NCBI RefSeq assembly: GCF_009914755.1
Contig: NC_060948.1
Length of the DNA stretch: 64,000 bases
Direction: 5' to 3' (one strand)
DNA from: the human T2T-CHM13v2.0 reference genome, Homo sapiens
The notes below the pieces were generated by a model that was given only the letters and a program-made list of their open reading frames with translations, was not told where the DNA came from and ran no database searches. Below, in pieces: positions 54,801 to 64,000 of this stretch; positions within the stretch are counted from its first letter, which is position 1, and every line of letters begins with the position of its first letter. Position numbers and translations under genes: made by a program.

Positions 54801-57800
54801 CATTCCATTCTATCTCAACACTTTCCATTCCACTCTGTTCGAGTCCATTCCATTCCAGTCCATTTAATTCAAGGGCATTCCATTCCATTCCATTCCATTT
54901 CATATTATTCCATTCCATTCAATTCCATTCCAGATGATTCCATTCCATTCTATACCATTGCTCTCTGTTCCATTCCATTCCATCTGTCTCCATTCCTTTC
55001 GTTTCGATTCCTTTCCATTCCATTCCATTACATTTGATCCTATTTTATTAAATTGCATTCTATTCGAGTGATTTCCATTCGAGTCCTTTCCTTTCGATTC
55101 CATTCCTTTGGATTCCATTCCATTCCGTTCCGTTCACATCAATTCCTTGCGATTCCATTACATTCGATTTCTTGCATTCGATTCCATTCCCTTTGACTCC
55201 ATTTCATTCGATTCCATTCCATTCCATTAATTTCCATTCCATTCGAGACCTTTCCATTGCAGTCTTTTCCCTTCGAGTCCATTCCGTTCGATTCCCTTCC
55301 ATTCGATTCCATTCCATTGGAGTCCGTACCAGTCGAGTCCATTCTATTCCAGTCCATTAGTTTCGACTCCATTGCATTCGAGTGCATTCCATTCCGTGGC
55401 TGTCCATTCCATTCCGTTTCATGCCATTCCATACGATTCCATTCAATTCGAGACCATTCTATTCCTGTCCATTCCTTGTGGTTCGATTCCATTTCACTCT
55501 AGTCCATTCCATTCCATTCAATTCCATTCGACTCTATTCCGTTCCATTCAATTCCATTCCATTCGATTCCATTTTTGTCGAGAACCTTCCATTACACTCC
55601 CTTCCATTCCAGTGCATTCCATTCCAGTCTCTTCAGTTCGATTCCATTCCATTCATTTCGATTCCTTTCCATTCCAGCCCATTCCATTCCATTCCATTCC
55701 TTTCCTTACCGTTTCATTAGATTCCATTGCATTCGATTCCATTCAATTCAATTCCGTGCTATTCAATTTGATTCATTTCCATTTAATTCCATTCCATTAG
55801 GTTCCATTCCGTTCGATTCCATTGCTTTCGAATCCATTCCATTGGAGTCCATTCACTTCCAGAACATTCCATTACAGTCGAATCCATTCGAGTACATTCC
55901 ATTAATGTTCATTACATTCTAATACATTCCATTCCATTGCATTCCATTCCATTCCATTCGATGCCATTCGATTCCATCCCATGCCAAATCATTGCATTCC
56001 TTTCCATTCCGTTCCTATCAATTCCATTCCTTTCGATATAGTTCGATTCTATTCACTTCCATTCCATTCGATTCCATTCCATTGGAGTCAATTCCTTTCG
56101 ACACCCAGCCTTTCCAGTCAATGATTTTGGAGTCCATTTTTTTGCATTCCATTACATTCTATGACATTCGATTCCGTTTCATTGCATTCCATTCCATACA
56201 TTTTTATTCCATTCGAGACTGTAACATTGCACTTTATTCCAGGCCTGTCCATTACACTACATTCCCTTCCATTCCAATGAATTCCATTCCATTCCTATCC
56301 ATTCCTTCCTTTCGCTTTCATTCCATTCTATTCTCTTCTACTGCATACAATTTCACTCCATTCATTCCCATTCCATTCAATTCCATTCCATTCAATTCCA
56401 TTCCATTTGTTTCCATTCTCTTCGATTCCATTTCTTTATATTCCATGCCATTCGATTCCATTCTATTGGATTGCATTACATTCGTGTTCATTCCATTCCA
56501 GACCATTCCATTTGACTCCATTCCTTTCGAGCCCTTTCAATTTGACTCCATTCCTTTCCAGTCCATTTCACTCCAGTCCATTACTATCCATTCCATACCA
56601 TTCCATCCCATTCCATTCCGTTCCATTACATTCCATTCCATTGAATTCCATTCCATTCCATTCCATTGCACTGCACTCCATTCCATTACATTCTATTCTA
56701 TTTGAGTCGATTTTATTGCATTAGATTCTATTCCATTGGATTACTTTCCATTCGATTACATTCCATTCATGTACATTCCATTCCAGTCAATTACATTCGA
56801 GTTCATTTCGTTACATTCCTGTATATTCCATTGTATTTGATCCCATTCCTTTCAATTCGATTTCATTCGACTCCATTATATTCGATTCCATTCCACTCGA
56901 ATCCATTCCATTAGAGGACATTCCATTCCAATGCATTCCATTCCATTCCATAGCATTCCATTGCATTCGATTCCATTCCATTTGATGCCATTCCATTTGA
57001 TGCCATTCCATGACATTCCATTCCATTCGAGTCCATTCCGTTCCAATTCATTCCATTCCGTTTCATGAAATTCGAGTCCTTTCCAGTACATTTCATTCCA
57101 ATCCCATCCAATCCAATCTACTCCATTCAATTCCTTTCCATTCCACTTGATTAGATTCCATTGATTTGATTCCATTCAGTTTGATTCCATTCCGTGAAAT
57201 TTCGTTCCATTGTATTCCATTGCGTTACTTTCCATTCAATTCCATTCCATTTCATTTCAGTCCATTCGTTTCCTTTCCTTTCGATTCAATTCCATTTGAT
57301 TCCACTCCATTCTATGCGATTTCATTCCAATCGATTCAATTCCATTCGATGACATTCCTTTCGTTTCCATTCCATTCGAGTCCATTCAATTTGAGCATTC
57401 GTGTCCATTCTATTCGAGTCCATTCCATTACCGTCTATTCTATTCCCTTCCATTCCTGTTGATTCAATTTCATTCCCTTCCATTCGATTCCTTTCCATTC
57501 GATTCCATTCCTTTCCATTCCATTCCATTCGTTCCCATTCCATGTGATTTCATTCCATTCCAGTCCATTATATTCGAGTCCACTCCACTCCATTCTATTA
57601 CATTCAATTCCTTTTGAGTCCGTTCCATAACACTCCATTCATTTCGATTCCATTTCTTGCCAGTTTTCTTCCATTTTATTCCATTCCGTTCGATTCCATT
57701 CCATTCGATTGCATTCCATTCGAATCCTTTCCATTCCATTTCATTCCATTCCTTTCTATTCCATTCCATTTCATTCGATTTGATTCCATTCTGTTCAATT

Positions 57801-60800
57801 CCATTCAATTCTTTTTCATTCCATTCGAATCCTTTCTATTTCAGTCCATTCCATTCGAGTCCATTCCAATCCCTTCCATTCCATTCCATTACTGTCCATT
57901 CCAATAGATTCCATTCCTTTGCCTTCCATTCGAATCCATTCCATTCTAGTCCATTCCATTTGAGTCAATTCCATTCCATTCCATTCTATTCCTTTCCAAA
58001 CCATTCGATTCCATTCGATTCAATTCCATTTGATTCTCTTTCATTCTATTTTATTCCATGCCATTTGATTGCATTGCATTCCATTCCGTTTGATTCCAGT
58101 ACATTCAAGAAAGTTCCATTCCAGTCCATTGCTTTCGAGTCCATTCCATTCCACTCTAGTCTATTCCACTCCATTCCTTTCCATTCCATTCCATACTATT
58201 CCATTCCATTCCTTTGCATTCCGTTTCCAATCTATTCGAGTCCATTGCATTCCAGTCCAATCCATTCGATTACATTCCTTTTGATTCCCTGCCAGTCGAT
58301 TGCATTGCATACTAGACCATTCCAAAGGAGTCCATTCCATTCTATCTCAACACTTTCCATTCCACTCTGTTCGAGTCCATTCCATTCCAGTCCATTTAAT
58401 TCAAGGGCATTCCATTCCAATCCATTCCATTTCATATTATTCCGTTCCATTCAATTCCATTCCAGATGATTCCATTCCATTCTATACCATTGCTCTCTGT
58501 TCCATTCCATTCCATCTGCCTCCATTCCTTTCGTTTCGATTCCTTTCCATTCCATTCCATTCCATTTGATCCTATTTTATTAAATTGCATTCTATTCGAG
58601 TCATTTCCATTCGAGTCCTTTCCATTAGATTCCATTCCATTCTATTCCATTCCTTTGGATTCTATTCCATTCCGTTCCGTTCACATCCATTCCTTGCGAT
58701 TCCATTACATTCGATTTCTTGCCATTCGATTCCATTCCTTTTGACTCCATTTCATTCGATTCCATTCCATTCCATTAATTTCCATTCCATTCGAGACCTT
58801 TCCATTGCAGTCTTTTCCCTTCGAGTCCATTCCGTTCGATTCCCTTCCATTCGATTCCATTCCATTGGAGTCCGTACCAGTCGAGTCCATTCTATTCCAG
58901 TCCATTAGTTTCCACTCCATTGCATTCGAGTGCATTCCATTCCGTGGCTGTCCATTCCATTCCGTTTGATGCCATTCCATACGATTCCATTCAATTCGAG
59001 ACCATTCTATTCCTGTCCATTCCTTGTGCTTCGATTCCATTTCACTCTAGTCCATTCCATTCCATTCAATTCCATTCGACTCTATTCCGTTCCATTCCAT
59101 TCCATTCCATTCGATTCCATTTTTTTGGAGAACCTTCCAGTACACTCCCTTCCATTCCAGTGCATTCCATTCCAGTCTCTTCAGTTCGATTCCATTCCAT
59201 TCGTTTCGATTCCTTTCCATTCCAGCCCATTCCATTCCATTCCATTCCTTTCTTTTCCGTTTCTTTAGATTCTATTGCATTCGATTCCATTCAATTCAAT
59301 TCCGTGCTATTCAATTTGATTCATTTCCATTTAATTCCATTCCATTAGATTCCATTCCGTTCGATTCCATTCCTTTCGAATCCATTCCATTGGATTCCAT
59401 TCACTTCCAGAACATTCCATTCCAGTCGAATCCATTCGAGGACATTCCATTAAAGTTCATTACATTCTAATACATTCCATTCCATTGCATTCCATTCCAT
59501 TCCATTCGATGCCATTCGATTCCATTCCATGCCAAATCATTGCATTCCTTTCCATTCCGTTCCTATCAATTCCATTCCATTCGATTTAGTTCGATTCTAT
59601 TCACTTCCATTCCATTCGATTCCATTCCATTGGAGTCAATTCCTTTGGACACCCAGCCTTTCCAGTCAATGTTTTTGGATTCCATTTTTTTGCATTCCAT
59701 TACATTCTATGACATTCGATTCCGTTTCATTGCATTCCATTCCATACATTTTTATTCCATTCGAGACCGTAGCATTCCACTTTATTCCAGGCCTGTCCAT
59801 TACACTACATTCCCTTCCATTCCAGTGAATTCCATTCCATTCCAATCCATTCCTTTCCTTTCGCTTGCATTCCATTCTATTCTCTTCTACTGCATACAAT
59901 TTCACTCCATTCGTTCCCGTTCCATTCAATTCCATTCCGTTTGTTTCCATTCTCTTCGATTCCATTTCTTTATATTCCATGCCATTCGATTCCATTCTAT
60001 TGGATTGCATTACATAAGTGTTCATTCCATTCCAGACCATTCCATTTGACTCCATTCCTTTCGAGCCCTTTCAATTTGAGTCCATTCCTTTCCAGTCCAT
60101 TTCACTCCAGTCCATTACTATCCATTCCATACCATTCCATCCGATTCCATTGCATTCCATTCCATTCCATTCCATTCCATTGCACTGCACTCCATTCCAT
60201 TACATTCTACTCTATCTGAGTCGATTTTATTGCATTAGATTCTATTCCATTGGATTACTTTCCATTCGATTACATTCCATTCATGTACATTCCATTCCAG
60301 TCAATTACATTCGAGTTCATTACGTTACATTCCAGTATATTCCATTCTATTCGATCCCATTCCTTTCAATTCTATTTCATACGACTCCATTATATTCGAT
60401 TCCATTCCACTCGAATCCATTCCATTAGAGGACATTCCATTCCAATGCATTCCATTCCATTCCATAGCATTCCATTGCATTCGATTCCATTCCATTTGAT
60501 GCCATTCCATTTGATGCCATTCCATGACATTCCATTCCATTCGAGTCCATTCCGTTCCAATTCATTCCATTCCGTTTCATGAAATTCGAGTCCTTTCCAG
60601 TACATTTCATTCCAATCCCATCCAATCCAATCTACTCCATTCAATTCCTTTCCATTCCATTTGATTTGATTCCATTCAGTTTGATTCCATTCCGTGAAAT
60701 TTCGTTCCATTCTATTCCATTGCATTACTTTCCATTCAATTCCATTCCATTTCATTTCAGTCCATTCGCTTCCTTTCCTTTCGATTCAATTCCATTTGAT

Positions 60801-63800
60801 TCCACTCCATTCTATGCGATTTCATTCCAATCGATTCAATTCCATTCGATGACGTTCCTTTCGTTTCCATTCCATTCGAGTCCATTGAATTTGAGCATTC
60901 GTGTCCATTCTATTCGAGTCCATTCCATTACCGTCTATTCTATTCCCTTCCATTCCTGTTGATTCAATTTCATTCCCTTCCATTCGATTCCTTTCCATTC
61001 GATTCCATTCCTTTCCATTCCATTCCATTCGTTCCCATTCCATGTGATTTCATTCCATTCCAGTCCATTATATTCGAGTCCACTCCACTCCATTCTATTA
61101 CATTCAATTCCTTTTGAGTCCGTTCCATAACACTCCATTCATTTCGATTCCATTTCTTGCCAGTTTTCTTCCATTTTATTCCATTCCGTTCGATTCCATT
61201 CCATTCGATTGCATTCCATTCGAATCCTTTCCATTCCATTTCATTCCATTCCTTTCTATTCCATTCCATTTCATTCGATTTGATTCCATTCTGTTCTATT
61301 CCATTCAATTCTTTTTCATTCCATTCGAATCCTTTCTATTGCAGTCCATTCCATTCGAGTCCATTCCAATCCCTTCCATTCCATTCCATTACAGTCCATT
61401 CCAATAGATTCCATTCCTTTGTCTTCCATTCGAATCCATTCCATTCTAGTCCATTCCATTTGAGTCAATTCCATTCCATTCCATTCTATTCCTTTCCAAT
61501 CCATTCGATTCCATTCGATTCAATTCCATTTGATTCTCTTTCATTCTATTTTATTCCATGCCATTTGATTGCATTGCATTCCATTCCGTTTGATTCCAGT
61601 CCATTCAAGAAAGTTCCATTCCAGTCCATTGCTTTCCAGTCCATTCCATTCCACTCTAGTCTATTCCACTCCATTCCTTTCCATTCCATTCCATACTATT
61701 CCATTCCATTCCTTTGCATTCCGTTTCCAATCTATTCGAGTCCATTGCATTCCAGTCCAATCCATTCGATTACATTCCTTTTGATTCCCTGCCAGTCGAT
61801 TGTATTGCATACTAGACCATTCCAAAGGAGTCCATTCCATTCTATCTCAACACTTTCCATTCCACTCTGTTCGAGTCCATTCTATTCCAGTCCATTTAAT
61901 TCAAGGGCATACCATTCCATTCCATTCCATTTCATATTATTCCATTCCATTCAATTCCATTCCAGATGATTCCTTTCCATTCTCTACCATTGCTCTCTAT
62001 TCCATTCCATTCCATCTGTCTCCATTCCTTTCGTTTCGATTCCTTTCCATTCCATTCCATTCCATTTGATCCTATTTTATTAAATTGCATTCTATTCGAG
62101 TGATTTCCATTCGAGTCCTTTCCATTAGATTCCATTCCATTCTATTCCATTCCTTTGCATTCTATTCCATTCCGTTCCGTTCACATCCATTCCTTGCGAT
62201 TCCATTACATTCGATTTCTTGCCCTTCGATTCCATTCCTTTTGACTCCATTTCATTCGATTCCATTCCATTCCATTAATTTCCATTCCATTCGAGACCTT
62301 TCCATTGCAGTCTTTTCCCTTCGAGTCCATTCCGTTCGATTCCCTTCCATTCGATTCCATTCCATTGGAGTCCGTACCAGTCGAGTCCATTCTATTCCAG
62401 TCCATTAGTTTCCACTCCATTGCATTCGAGTGCATTCCATTCCGTGGCTGTCCATTCCATTCCGTTTGATGCCATTCCATACGATTCCATTCAATTCGAG
62501 ACCATTCTATTCCTGTCCATTCCTTGTGGTTCGATTCCATTTCACTCTAGTCCATTCCATTCCATTCAATTCCATTCGACTCTATTCTGTTCCATTCCAT
62601 TCCATTCCATTCGATTCCATTTTTTTCGAGAACCTTCCAGTACACTCCCTTCCATTCCAGTGCATTCCATTCCAGTCTCTTCAGTTCGATTCCATTCCAT
62701 TCGTTTCGATTCCTTTCCATTCCAGCCCATTCCGTTCCATTCCATTCCTTTCCTTTCCGTTTCTTTAGATTCCATTGCATTCGATTCCATTCAATTCAAT
62801 TCCGTGCTATTCAATTTGATTCATTTCCATTTAATTCCATTCCATTAGATTCCATTCCGTTCGATTCCATTCCTTTCGAATCCATTCCATTGGATTCCAT
62901 TCACTTCCAGAACATTCCATTCCAGTCGAATCCATTCGAGTACATTCCATTAAAGTTCATTACATTCTAATACATTCCATTCCATTGCATTCCATTCCAT
63001 TCCATTCGATGCCATTCGATTCCATTCCATGCCAAATCATTGCATTCCTTTCCATTCCGTTCCTATCAATTCCATTCCATTCGATTTAGTTCGATTCTAT
63101 TCACTTCCATTCCATTCGATTCCATTCCATTGGAGTCAATTCCTTTGGACACCCAGCCTTTCCAGTCAATGTTTTTGGATTCCATTTTTTTGCATTCCAT
63201 TACATTCTATGACATTCGATTCCGTTTCATTGCATTCCATTCCATACATTTTTATTCCATTCGAGACCGTAGCATTCCACTTTATTCCAGGCCTGTCCAT
63301 TACACTACATTCCCTTCCATTCCAATGAATTCCATTCCATTCCAATCCATTCCTTTCCTTTCGCTTGCATTCCATTCTATTCTCTTCTACTGCATACAAT
63401 TTCACTCCATTCGTTCCCGTTCCATTCAATTCCATTCCATTCAATTCCATTCCGTTTGTTTCCATTCTCTTCGATTCCATTTCTTTATATTCCATGCCAT
63501 TCGATTCCATTCTATTGGATTGCATTACATAAGTGTTCATTCCATTCCAGACCATTCCATTTGACTCCATTCCTTTCGAGCCCTTTCAATTTGAGTCCCT
63601 TCCTTTCCAGTCCATTTCACTCCAGTCCATTACTATCCATTCCATACCATTCCATCCGATTCCATTGCATTCCATTCCATTCCATTCCATTCCATTGCAC
63701 TGCACTCCATTCCATTACATTCTACTCTATCTGAGTCGATTTTATTGCATTAGATTCTATTCCATTGGATTACTTTCCATTCGATTACATTCCATTCATG

Positions 63801-64000
63801 TACATTCCATTCCAGTCAATTACATTCGAGTTCATTACGTTACATTCCAGTATATTCCATTCTATTCGATCCCATTCCTTTCAATTCTATTTCATTCGAC
63901 TCCATTATATTCGATTCCATTCCACTCGAATCCATTCCATTAGAGGACATTCCATTCCAATGCATTCCATTCCATTCCATAGCATTCCATTGCATTCGAT
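45871..64000 (+). repeat. End of U13 and units U14-U19: right sequence subfamily of DYZ1 units
   Basis: Shared diagnostics are GTAGCATTCCACTTT (46281, 49835, 53388, 59770, 63270), GATTACATTCCATT and ATTTCGTT, and in most units CCGTTCGATTCC...CTTTCGAA and GAGTACATT. Confidence 0.75.
53407..56240 (+). repeat. Truncated DYZ1 unit U16 (2834 bp) with ~704-bp internal deletion
   Basis: The junction at 53711-53730 reads GAGTCCATT|TCATTTCAGTCC. In U15 these two motifs end at 50166 and start at 50871. Length check: 3554-704-15-1=2834. Confidence 0.93.

Larger units (their letters stand above)
1..64000 (+). repeat. DYZ1: Human satellite III (HSat3) tandem array, DYZ1 family (Yq12 heterochromatin); C/T-rich (CCATT) strand on +
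   Basis: Seen: degenerate CCATT pentamers end to end and a ~3.55-kb period, with one AGGCCT (StuI, containing HaeIII GGCC) followed ~38 bp later by GAATTC (EcoRI) in each unit. Known: DYZ1 is the male-specific ~3.4-3.6-kb HaeIII/EcoRI CCATT repeat (reference unit 3564 bp). From memory its sequence begins CCTGTCCATTACACTACATTCCC, as seen at 114. No database search was run. Confidence 0.96.

Noticed and set aside
1-64000. CRISPR-like array or prokaryotic repeat system
   Set aside because: There is no constant repeat with unique spacers and no cas-like ORF; the sequence is a eukaryotic satellite.
1-64000. DYZ2/HSat1B, Alu, L1 insertion or inversion breakpoint
   Set aside because: No AT-rich 2.4-kb unit, GC-rich Alu body, poly(A) tail or switch to a GGAAT-rich + strand was seen. 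Unit lengths are fully accounted for by small indels and one deletion.
1-64000. HSat2 or alpha satellite assignment
   Set aside because: CATTCGATTC occurs, but long CCATT runs dominate and the period is ~3.55 kb. There is no 171-bp monomer or CENP-B box.

Overview
The whole 64 kb is one uninterrupted, single-orientation array of (CCATT)n/(GGAAT)n-derived satellite. It has a ~3.55-kb higher-order unit that matches human satellite III DYZ1 (HSat3, Yq12 heterochromatin). A unique StuI/HaeIII landmark (AGGCCT) occurs once per unit at 111, 3649, 7207, 10750, 14303, 17857, 21431, 24984, 28528, 32076, 35630, 39199, 42768, 46300, 49854, 53407, 56241, 59789 and 63289. This gives 18 complete units (U1-U18) plus a partial U19. 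Unit lengths are 3538, 3558, 3543, 3553, 3554, 3574, 3553, 3544, 3548, 3554, 3569, 3569, 3532, 3554, 3553, 2834, 3548 and 3500 bp. I find no credible gene, RNA gene, mobile element or CRISPR array; all ORFs are the HSIPF/MEWNG translation artefact of the pentamer. I did not find a new coding system. The interesting content lies in the variant pattern: a ~17.78-kb (5-unit) super-period, local one-unit duplications, mosaic units, a subfamily switch near 45.9 kb, a ~704-bp microhomology deletion, a length-variable internal CCATT tract, pol-zeta-type doublet substitutions, and 2-3 perfect heat-shock elements per unit. All comparisons were made by eye, so an alignment is needed to confirm them.
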